The position numbers and the translations under genes are program-made. From Octopus vulgaris (taxonomy: Eukaryota), in the NCBI GenBank assembly GCA_951406725.2, contig OX597815.1, positions 185,628,001 through 185,692,000 on the forward strand: a DNA stretch of 64,000 nt, in the 5' to 3' direction. This document shows positions 53,492 through 64,000 of this stretch, piece after piece; positions within the stretch are counted from its first letter, which is position 1; every line of letters begins with the position of its first letter. Below the pieces are notes generated by a model, which was not told the origin of the DNA, did not search any database, and saw only the letters and a program-made list of their open reading frames with translations.

Positions 53492-54495
53492 CCTTCTCTC
53501 TATTTCGGAGAGGCACTGAGCAGCTATACGCACACATACATACATGGCAGTAACTTCCACCTACCGAATTCAATCACAAAGCTTCGGTCCACTCGGGGCT
53601 ATAGCGGAAGACACCTACCCAAAGTGCCACGCAGTAGGACTGAACCCGAAACCATGTAGTTGGGAAGCAAGCTCCCTAACCACACAGCCATGCCCGCGCC
53701 TATGCTCACGATTCATGTGTGTATGTGCACATGCATAAACATGAACATTAGTGTATGCTTCAGTGTGTGTGTGTGTATATATATATACATTTATTTTTGT
53801 CTTTCAGTGTGTATTTGAATTTATATGACTTTACAAATGTTGGCACATTTATTTGCTTCTGTGAAAGTGTTTGTTAACGTGAGTGCATGTGGAAGAGGTG
53901 GTTCTTGTCTTTGAATAATTGTATGTTGGCAAGGGTTTTTCTTTTTCTTTTTTTTTCCCAGACTATCTTAAAGATATTTAACTCTGTTTCTTGCAGCATA
54001 TGGAATATATGCCAAAACAGAGAATTCAAAGTAATCTGCCAGACTCGCTTCCTCTGATGTTGCCTTTTGATAACAACAAATTTATATTCTTTTAAGAAAA
54101 GTCAAAGATTCCATTTCTGATTGATAATGATTTGCTTATTGATTATTTAATAGTCATGCTTTGCTTCTGCCGTTTCTCCAGATTTTCTGAACGCTATGTG
54201 AATAGGTGAACATAACACATCATCATCATCATCATCATCAGTTTAGTCTATCATAAAAGTTGTATTTTCACTCTTGGGAATTGAGGAAATAAGTACTAGT
54301 TATATACTGGGTCTCTGCAATTTGCTGTACTCTGTCCCTATTTAGTGGTCTGAGCTAAGATAAGGTAAATTAGTAAATGTACACTAATAATATTAAATGC
54401 TGTCCCCTAACAAAAATCACAATCATTGAGATACATTGATAAAATTTGTTTCGAATTTTTGCACAAAACCAGCAGTTTTGGGAGAAGGGTTATGT

Positions 54496-54779
54496 CATAT
54501 GGCATAGTGGATAAGAGCGTGGGCTTCTAAACCCCAAGATTCCGAGTTCGATTCCAAGCAGTGACTTGTATTATAATAATAATAATAACAATAATATCGA
54601 AAAATACCTTAGGAATGAGAACCCAGGTTCAAAATTTCCACAAGACACCTGATGAAGGTTGGAGGGTATATCAGCAGAAATGTTGTGTTAACAACGAAGA
54701 AGATGAGGACAAATATCCGTCAAATGTAAATAATATAAATAATGTACATAATTCCTCATCTCTTAAATATAGAACTGTA
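54496..54779 (+). mobile_element. tRNA-Arg-like head plus hammerhead plus Penelope tail (SINE-like copy)
   Basis: A-box TGGCATAGTGG (54500), anticodon loop CTTCTAA (54524), B-box GTTCGATTCC (54546), CTGATGA core at 54649. Nested in a family B SINE. Confidence 0.8.
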
Positions 54780-57655
54780 TTATCAAATGCAATGTTCAAT
54801 AGATCCTTGAAAGCATGAAAGGCAAAGTCAAACCTTGGCAGAAGAGATACAGCAATGATATTAAATGCTGCTTTCAAGCAGTGAGCTGGCAGAATCATTA
54901 GAGCATCGGACAACTTGCTTAGCAACATTTCTTCCAACTTTGCGTTTTGAGTTCAAATGCTGCTGGAGTTGACTTTGCCTTTCATCCTTTTGGGGGTCGA
55001 TGAAATAAGTACCAGTTATGCACTGGAGTCAATGTAATTGACTTACCCACTCCCCTAGAAATTACTGGCCTTGTGCCAAAATTTGAAATCAATATTAAAT
55101 GCTGTTCCAAACAAAAATCACAAAGATACCAGAGATAAAATGTTTACATATTATGGATGAAATACAAAGTCGACCTTGGCAGAATTTGAACTCACGACAG
55201 ACGAAATACTATGAAATGCTAAGCGGTATTTCGTCTGTCGTTATGTTCTGAGTTCAAATTCCGCCAAGGTCGACTTTGCCTTTAATCCTTTCGGGGTCGA
55301 TAAATAAAGTACTAATTTTGCACTGGGGTCGATGTAATCGACTTAATCCGTTTGTCTGTCCTTGTTTGTCCCCTCTATGTTTATCCCCTTGTGAGTAGTA
55401 AAGAAATGTATATTATGGCCCCTTTAATATCAGAGAATTTCATTTGATGATGGTGATGATAACTACATAAAATCTATATTCAAACAAACACTTTTGAAGC
55501 TAAGTTTCTACATTCAATTTGGTCGACTAAAATTTTAACTTAATCCTTTATTCATCTGTAGCAAGAATTATATACAGATTATATAACCAAATTCGTTGGT
55601 CTCTGATGAATAGTAAAAACATAAAATTGAAATAAGAGCTACGTTTGTCTTCATGCATAGCAGACTTATTCAATAACTATTTTGGGACAATTTAAATAAC
55701 AGACCGTTAAAATAAATTACTTTAGTATATCAAATAAAAGAACAATCAAAATAAATATAAAATAAAAGTCAGTAACTACATCAAACTCTTTAACTGAGAT
55801 TTTTGTACTTATTTTAAATTATTTTACAAATAATAAAATTTGTATTTCATTGTTTTAATATTTGCATAATTTCAGTAATGTTCAGTTTGATGAATTTAAA
55901 AGTCCTTGGAGAGCAACTCTAGAAAGTAGCACTGCTAAGTTTCTCGTCTGTCAAATCTCTTTTAAAATACCCTGAGGTAATGCATTCCTTAATGAATCAC
56001 ATTTGATTCTAAATTAGCAAAATGATTCTAAAAGCAAACAAGAATCAATTATTAAACTCAAATTTTCAGACTTTCACTTCATAAAAATGTTATATGTTCT
56101 CTGTTTAATAATTTTTAGTTATTTCGAAAAGTTTAAAGACAATGGATGAAGGAGAGAGCAAAGTGCTGTAATAAAAGCCATACAGAATAAAATTATCAGT
56201 TCAAATTCTATGATGATCATAGGCGCAGGACCATGTGGTAAGTAGCTTGCTTACCAACAACATGGTTCCGGGTTCAGTCCCACTGCGTGGCACCTTGAGC
56301 AAGTGTCTTCTATAGCCTCGGGCCAACCAAAGCCTTGTGAGTGGATTTTAGTAGATGGAAACTGGAAGAAGCCCTTCGTATATGTATGTATATGTGTATA
56401 TATATATATACGTGTGTGTGTATGTGTGTGTGTTTGTGTGTCTGTTTGTCCCCCCCAGCATCGCTTGACAACCAATGCTGGTGTGTTTACGTCCCCGTAA
56501 CTTAGCAGTTTGGTAAAAGACACCGATTGAATAAGTACTAGGCTTACGAAGAGTAAGCTCTGGTGTCGATTTGCTGGACTATAAAGGCAGTGCTCCAGCA
56601 TGGCCACAGTAAAATGACTGAAATGAGTAAAAGAATAAAAGAGATGGTTGACTTTACATTTCTTTGTTTTGAGGTTACAAAAATGCGTAGCCTTGTGTAA
56701 AAGAAATTCATTTTTAAAAGTCTACATAAACTAGATATGGAAAAAGATAATATCTTTTGTTTCTAATGTCTTTATTTTCTTTGCAGAATAATAAATGATT
56801 AAATATTAAAAAGTTTCTTCTTTGATTTAAGCAAGTTGAACTTGAGAACTGAATTTGTTTTACATTCCATTTGATGATGATGATGATTTGAAAGAAAATA
56901 AAAAAGGATTAATGATTCCTTTTAAAACAAAAGAAAACTGGAAATGGATTAATCCTATTCCGAATGTAGAAAACATTGAGTTAAAATGTATCAAAGGAAA
57001 ACAGATTAGTTGTGTATTTGCTAGACTTTGATTACACATTAATTTCGCTTACAGAAACCTAAGAGTTTTCTAATAGGAAGTCAGTATTGAATATCATACA
57101 GAGTATTCACGTATGTGAGATATTGCTTTAATGAATATTGCATTATAATTTCTTCGAATCAGAGAGAGAGAGAGACGGAGAGTATTGCTTCGAGGACACA
57201 TGTATCAAAGACAGCGACTTATATAACTGCAATCACTTGAGGTGAATTTAGTGGAAATCACATAACAACAGGTTCGTGATGTAACCATTTAAATACATCA
57301 ATCATATTAGACCAGCAGACACTGCAATAACTTCAGGGCATCGATGGAAGTTCTGTCAGTATATCTGTAAAACATCTGCAGAAATAGCGCTACGTCCAAT
57401 GTTAGTGTTGCTAAGAACCCTAAAGCGAAAAGGATAACTCATTAGTAGAATTTTTAACGTTGCTCTTTGATCAATATTGAGAAAGTGACATTTTCAGCAG
57501 GTGTCTTTGGTACACTTATGTCTGCCTGTATTGAATATAAGCTGAAGGGGAAATAGTCATATTCTGAATGCGTTGTAATTTATTGATGTTTCACAACTTT
57601 AAAATATTACTAATGACTTCATAAATGAGAGACAAACAAGCACATAACAATGCTT

Positions 57656-58082
57656 GGATCTTTTCGGTTTGAACGGCAGTTTTTTCTAGTGGTGTCATAT
57701 GAAATTGTCACCCATAATTATGACCCTAGAATTGATCTATTGCATTTCAATCTCTTTTAGGGTTAGTTAGTGTTAGTTAGGGTTAGGGGTGGGGGAAGGG
57801 TATCTTTTTTCTTCACAAATGTAAATAAACCCAATCTGTTTCTTAAACGAGGGACATGTTCATACGGCACAGAATGTTTTTACCTCAATGGACGTCAGTG
57901 ATTGGTTGAAATTGCAGAAATTGAAGAAAAAAACAACAAATATATTACAAACTATAGAATTTTCTCAATAAAGTCAAGAGAAAAAGATGTTTTATAAACA
58001 CATTCTACCAGTATACGAAGTTTAAAATTTTTTAGTTACCTAGAAATTATGTTAAAAACTGCCGTTCAAACCGAAAAGATCC
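57656..58082. mobile_element. MITE with 29-bp perfect TIRs and 8-bp TSD (Merlin-like)
   Basis: TIR GGATCTTTTCGGTTTGAACGGCAGTTTTT. TSD CAATGCTT at 57648-57655 and 58083-58090. GG termini with an 8-bp TSD fit Merlin. Confidence 0.85.
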
Positions 58083-59474
58083 CAATGCTTGTTATTTTCC
58101 TGATATAAAGTACAGCATTTTCAATAGCAATATCTACTCTAGCCATGGCCATTTAAATTCTGTAACAGGTCTAAATTGATAAAGATATATTTTTCAATAA
58201 CGGCATAACAGAGTTCTACAAGATTTAATCAAAGAGTTATTGATTAACAAAAAGTTTTGACAGATTGTTTTAAATATTATAAGTTCTGGTTTTGATTATT
58301 TAGCTTAAGGATACAAAAAAGCCTTCCATTGTTTCATTCCATTGAAGAATTCTAAAACTTTGCCAGTTTGCATTCTTTTTTTTTTTTTGATTTTGAAATC
58401 AATAAACATACAATAACATGAAAAAGATACTTTGCTCACTTAAATTAAAAGCTGAACTTCAATGAGAAATCACAATAAATTTTAAATATCACAGGCTTCA
58501 CCTCGAAGCACTCTAGAAGTGAAGTACAAGTTATCAGAAAATCTTCCTTTGTAATTAAACCATTTGAAGTCAGAACCCATAGATAATAAGACCTCCAGGC
58601 AGAAAATTTGTTAGAATATGGTTGATAGTACTAACTTCCATATGTTTATGTAACAGCGTTAACACTCGCTTATTAACACATTTATAGATAAAGGATAGAT
58701 TAGTAGTAATACCATAGTCCGTTTGGCATCATCAACTCATTCCACTTTCAGAGATGAATTGACAAGTTCTGTAAAACCTTCCAGACATTTGGCAAGAGCA
58801 AAAGCTGGAATTAGATCAGACAAGTGTACCTTGATACCAAAATTCTGCGGACCTAATCAAATCTTCTTGCCTTTATATAATGAGTTTTGCATTTTCAAAA
58901 GAAGAAGAAAACCAGAGACATTAATAGTATTTGGTTCCACATTGGTTTCTGGAAATAACAAAACACTCACCAATATTTTTATATTTCATAAGTTTTCTTG
59001 ATAAAATGTAATTTAAATTATCGATTAAAAGTTTAAAGTCATCGGAAATATTAGAAATATACTGATTGTAATCATTTTCCAATATCCTATCAATGTATTT
59101 CTTTCATTTACATGGCAGTTCATCAAAATACAAATTTCAGAAATGTAATTCAAGTTCTTTCAACTAAAATAACTTTGTTTCGAATAATTAGTGATTATAT
59201 TATAGATTAGGAGCAGGACATACATATTGGCTCTGATGTGTGCGTGTATATATATATATATTTTCTAGAGAACAATTCTTAGTGGTTGAGACCATAGCGG
59301 ATCTTCTTCTAGCATAAGTGTTTCCATATAGTGGTTAAAAAAATTTCCCTCTTATATTTATGTATGAAATACTATTTACTGAATCTCAGTTTTTTTATAT
59401 GCTAGACCACTGGTATTAAAATTGATGTTATCAAATTAATATCCAATTTTTCACCCTCATTTTGATTTTAATTT

Positions 59475-59527
<53 letters not shown>

Positions 59528-60406
59528 TATGTATCTATGAGTATGGCTGTTTGTATTAGCTCTGGTGTACAATATCTATTCAATTTGAAACATAATGGTT
59601 ATGCGTGTGTTGACTCTGATATACAATGTTTATCAGTATGAGCAGCCTAGGGTTATTTATCTAAGTACTGCTGTAGCTTTGTATTAAGCCCCATAGCAGG
59701 TCACATTATTTTCTTTTAATTTAAGCAGCTGAAAAATAGCAACTACCACTACTTTAATTGAATGATTGAGAAAGATATCCATCTACCTTAACCGATATTT
59801 ACATGTAGAACTTACAAGCTGTAAATGTATTCTATCTATGATATTGCAATGTAGGAAATGCTGAAGCTATTTAGAAACTTATCAAATAAAGAAATATTTA
59901 AAAATAACCCCACATTACTTTCTTTCACTGTTATATAAAATGAATAAATAATTTGTTAAATGTGAAATACAATCTAAATGATTCAGAGAATTATGCTTAA
60001 AGTTTAAGGTTTGAAAATAAGCAATGAATAAAGCTTTACACATAATTTGGATGGGAACGGATTTATTTTTCTGTACATTTGCTATATGTATACAATTTTC
60101 ATCCTTTATGTATTTCTTTTAAATATATATATACCGAATACTGAACTAAGATTTTTGAAGATTTAAGCTGTGAAATATATTGAATAATTATACAATAAAT
60201 GTTTTCAATCTAAAGTATTGCATTTATTCAAAATAAATATTCTATATAGTTCTTTAGAAAGGTTTTTTTTAAATCTTATCTTTACAACTAAAAGGATTGT
60301 AACGGATTCTAGTGAGCTTCCTCTCTTATATTACATACTTATGAATGTAGCAGGGAGCAGCTAACCTTTGGGCACTGTTTTGGACCTCATCGTGTCTACC
60401 ACTCCA

Positions 60407-60463
60407 ATTGGTTGGTATTGGTGCAATTTGTCTCTTACTCTATCGTGCACCAATATGCAACCT
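60407..60463 (-). ncRNA. Candidate miR-92-family-like pre-miRNA hairpin
   Basis: 5p AGGTTGCATATTGGTGCACGAT, 13-nt loop, 3p AATTGCACCAATACCAACCAAT (seed AUUGCAC). 57 nt with 2-nt 3' overhang geometry, but weak basal stem. Confidence 0.3.
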
Positions 60464-61424
60464 AACCAATCACAACCTTCAAATAAATCATGTGAGACAG
60501 TCTTTTCCAAACAGCATTTGAGCCTACCATCAGCAATAAAAGCTCGCCTCCTGCTAGTCTCAATGTCAGTTGGTTGTCAACCTTCTAAGATCTAACCACT
60601 GACCACATTACAGCGACCTCCAGCTTCATCGTCACCATCATGTCTCTCACCAACATCATCAACAACATCTACACAGCACCAACACAATGCACTGGTTCTA
60701 ACATATCACTGTTCTTGAGCTTCTCACCAGGGTTAAGAGCAAACAACAACCCATGCAGATGCATGTAGAGATATGAATAAATGTACATCAACCACTGTCA
60801 CTCAGCTAGCGTATATGTGTAACCACATTAAACACATTTAAAGTTATCACCATTGTTCCAAGTATTTCTTTACCAGAATCCTACCACAAGCATTTTAAAG
60901 CATTCAATCAGGTTTTCTTTTTTTCTGCATATTTATATGTGAAGTGATAACTTTCTTTCCCAAGATTTGAGTGTTCAGAATATGTTCACAAAATAGGTGA
61001 AACCAATGTACACAAAGTGTGAGAAGACAACACGAGAGGGACAAGTTTTAGTAAATATTGTATTAGCTTAATGCTTAAAAGAGAGGGAAAGTTTTCTGTT
61101 TTGTTCTCCTTCAACCACTGTTCATCATTCACTCTCCTACACTTTTCTTTTCTATGTTTTACTTTTATTCTAATGAAGGACTAGTGCCCGAAACATTAAG
61201 ACTCTTGTGAGTGTTAAGTTAATAAAATATTTCTAAAACTTGCTCCTCCTGGGTTGTCTCTTATTATTTTGTGTTCATAGCTTTCATAATATATTCTTAA
61301 CACTTACGTAGACCTCTTATTCTTATATGAATAAATACATTTATATCAGTAAGTATCTGTGCATGTATGCATGCGTATGTATACATATCGTATTCATGTT
61401 TCAATCCATGGTTTAACCACTTAC

Positions 61425-61450
61425 CGAAAAAACAGAAGTGATGTCAATGG
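61425..61450 (-). CDS. Candidate 26-nt micro-exon of an unidentified minus-strand gene
   Basis: TCTTTCATGTTTCTTATAG|CCATTGACATCACTTCTGTTTTTTCG|GTAAGT; open as xIDITSVFS. Confidence 0.4.
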
Positions 61451-62117
61451 CTATAAGAAACATGAAAGACACGCACACACATACGTATGCAAATATACTG
61501 GGAAGAAATGTCACAACATTTATTCTACTTGGTGATCATTGTTAGATCCAGTAAAAGTCAACAAATGCCACTTAAAAATGTTATCAAAAAGCTCAGCAAA
61601 GTGCTTTTGTTTGTTAAAATGACACTAAGCAAACACAATTGCGAAGATTGTGGGGCATTTGGTCATCCTGACGTATGGCATTGGCTTCTGGCAGCTTTTA
61701 GCTAAACATCTGACAAATGTCATAATTCAAGTGATTTGTTTGTCAGTTGTGTAACCTGTAAATTGGAAATTAATTTATCAAAGTAAGTGGTAGAAAGGAA
61801 TAAGAATAATCGTCTCAGAATTTCTGGTGAGAAAATATGCTGGACATTTCTCTCTTTCTTCTTTACTCTTTCTTTCTTATACATGCACATCATCATCATC
61901 ATCGTTTAACGTCTGCTTTCCATGCTAGCATGGGTTGGACTGTTTGACTGAGGGCTGGCGAACAAGATGGCTGCACCAGGCTCCAGTCTTGATCTGGAAG
62001 AGTTTCTACAGCTGGATGCCCTTCCTAACACCAACCACTCCTAGAGTGTAGTGGGTGCTTTTACATGCCACCGGCATGAGGGTCAGTCAGGTAGTATATA
62101 TATATATATATGCTATA

Positions 62118-62352
62118 TGCCCGTGGGTATGTGGCATAGTGGTTATAAAAATACTACTACTACTAATAATAATAATAATAATAATAGTAATAACAACAAC
62201 ATGGAAAAATACCTTAGGAATGAGAACCCAGGTTCGAAATTTCCCCAAGACACCTGATGAAGGCTGGAGGGTATATCAGCCGAAACATTGTGTTAACAAC
62301 AAACAAGACGAGAACAAATATCTGTCAAATGTAAATAATGTAAATAACTTCT
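62118..62352 (+). mobile_element. tRNA-head (partly deleted) plus hammerhead plus Penelope tail copy
   Basis: GCCCGTGGGTATGTGGCATAGTGG head. GACAC-CTGATGA-AGGCTG..CAGCC-GAAAC-AT-T-GTGTT at 62249-62294. Confidence 0.8.
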
Positions 62353-63081
62353 AATATGTTCTAAAGTTAAGTGCTGAGCTGGCAATTGTTACTGAGCTGG
62401 AAAAAAACTATAGCAGAATTCCTTCTGAATTTACTTTCTGAGTTCAAATGTTAGCAAAGATGACTGTCTTTCACCCATTCAGAATCGATGAAAGAAATAC
62501 CAGTTGAATCAATGTAATTGATTTACCTCTTTTTCTGAAATTGTTGGCTTTGTACCAAAATTTGAAACCAATATTTTCTAGAGTTAAAAGGACAAACTAG
62601 TCACAACCTTAGATTACTAGCTTAACTCAAATCCACCACATGCATTTCAGTGTAACTCTGAACTCTTTCCCCCCACCTTTTTTTTTTAATCTAAATTAAA
62701 ATTTGCCTTTTCACTTAACACATTAAAATAGTCTTGCCACTTAACACATTAGAAATTGAAATAAGCTCGTTACTACAGAAACTAGTATAAGCACCGGCCT
62801 TATAAACACTTAAAAGTTTTGAAAATAATAAAAAAAAATTTTCTCTATAGTACTTGACATTTTAATCCCAAAAATGTAAAGGCATTTTCCTACTTTAGCA
62901 ACACAAAATTAAATCTCTTAACAATAAGAAATAAAATGTGCAATTGTTATTTGTACAAAAGCTTACACCAACATAAATAATCCAGGAGATTTCACTATAA
63001 AAATGTTAAAAACTTCTTAAAATTCAAGAATGCAAACAAGTAGATTGATTAATTTAAGTATTATTTAAAATGCAAGGAACA

Positions 63082-63120
<39 letters not shown>

Positions 63121-63561
63121 CATAGGGGAAAAAATGTCTCTTAAAATTGTTTATTAAAACCAACTTTTTAAATGTTAAGCCAGAAAAGCAATCTTGCGAA
63201 AGACATTTTGATGGCATTTGTTGTCATGCAACAGTAGCGTGATTCCCCCAATTGTATCTGCCAATTTTTACAACAATACAAGAATGGTTCTAAATCTCTT
63301 TAACAGATACAAACTAGAAGAAACCCTAATTGGATTTTTAAGAACCAAACTAGTCAAATACAACGAGCACAGCGCACCATTGTTAAGAGGGTTAAGAAAA
63401 GAAAAAGCTTATACATTTACCTGTAATATTTTAAAACTTTTATTATCAGGTAATACTTTCTAGAAGATGGATTTTAGAAATACACAAAGTTGCTATGGAA
63501 ATAAAAAGATTAATAAAAAATCTGTTTAAATTTAATTGCTCACTTTTGGAAAATACCATAC

Positions 63562-63601
63562 TTAAAACTTCTTTATGGAAACGCATGAGTTGAAGATGGG
63601 C
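63562..63601 (-). CDS. Candidate 40-nt exon of the same minus-strand gene
   Basis: CTTTCTTTATTCTAATCAG|GCCCATCTTCAACTCATGCGTTTCCATAAAGAAGTTTTAA|GTATGG; AHLQLMRFHKEVL in phase 0. True frame unknown. Confidence 0.35.
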
Positions 63602-64000
63602 CTGATTAGAATAAAGAAAGTTATTAACATGTCATTTTCAGCTATATTTAAAGATGAACAATGTCAGTCATGAAATATTGACGAGGATTTCTGAAGTTGC
63701 TGATGAATTCAATAATTAATAGAACCACAGATTAATTTTCTTAAATTCTGAAAGTTGGTTTATTTATTTTTTATGCATGCTTAAATTTCACATTGGTTTG
63801 GATTTTGGGTTTTTCTTTTTCTCTTCAAAATGCCATATATTTATTGTATTAATGGAATTGAATTATAGAATTTCAATCCATGTTATTCGATAATAAAATA
63901 TTGAGCATATGCAGGATTGCGGAAACAAATCTTAAAAAAAAAGGTAAATAACCTAGACATTAAAATGGATAAAAATGAATATAGCCATAACTGAATACAA

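Larger units (their letters stand above)
53997..59100 (+). pseudogene. TOPAZ1: Decayed intron-containing TOPAZ1-like gene (CCCH finger plus C-terminal helical domain)
   Basis: Collinear motifs versus human TOPAZ1 as recalled: GDDNYIKSIFK (55452; GDEKVCMDVFK), NLKVLGEQL, KTKENWKWI (56924; KEKGDW), LMNIAL*FL (57128; IVNVAAEIFL), FGTLMSACIE (57506; FNKLLGSCIE), FIDVSQL (PIDFSFL), KQAHNNACYFP across the MITE (KSALSLGCYPP), QIVLN (58261; QIVLK). Splice-like acceptors near 53996, 55875 and 56786. Many stops and frameshifts. Confidence 0.6.

Noticed and set aside
54496-54560. Possible functional tRNA-Arg(TCT) gene
   Set aside because: No acceptor-stem 3' half or terminator, and it is fused to a repeat tail in three copies; it is a tRNA-derived element.
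57757-57795. Interstitial telomere / chromosome fusion site
   Set aside because: Only a few degenerate units, all inside a TIR-bounded MITE.
58723-59001. 92-aa ORF as an independent gene
   Set aside because: Non-ATG start. It overlaps another frame with stop-riddled coding-like text (LPDIWQEQKLEL, YLVPHWFLEI) attributed to the pseudogene.
63218-63463. 81-aa plus-strand ORF
   Set aside because: Non-ATG start, no recognisable motif, and local splice signals point to the minus strand.

Overview
AT-rich, microsatellite- and SINE-dense eukaryotic DNA. The repeat families point to an octopus (cephalopod) genome; this is inferred, not searched. There is no intact long CDS, and almost all ORF-track entries are microsatellite or repeat artefacts. 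The window contains: (i) many tRNA-derived SINEs (CORE-type and Meta/MESC-type), RTE LINE 3' ends, and fragments of Dong/R4, HERO-type, L1/Tx1, RTE, Penelope, mariner, Helitron, piggyBac-type and Merlin-type elements; (ii) a CpG-retaining, repeat-poor, probably bidirectional promoter zone at about 27.8-31.3 kb; (iii) a heavily decayed, intron-containing TOPAZ1-like pseudogene on + (about 54-59 kb), split by a MITE; (iv) the probable 3' end of a minus-strand gene at about 59.6-64 kb, with micro-exons and a miR-92-like hairpin. The most unusual signal is a Penelope-like element whose 3' terminal region carries a tRNA-Arg-like Pol III cassette followed by a minimal hammerhead ribozyme. It appears to spawn SINE-like tRNA-head+ribozyme copies. 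Several other Penelope-related hammerheads are also present, including a G3:C8 core variant. Family and gene assignments rest on remembered motifs and need database confirmation.
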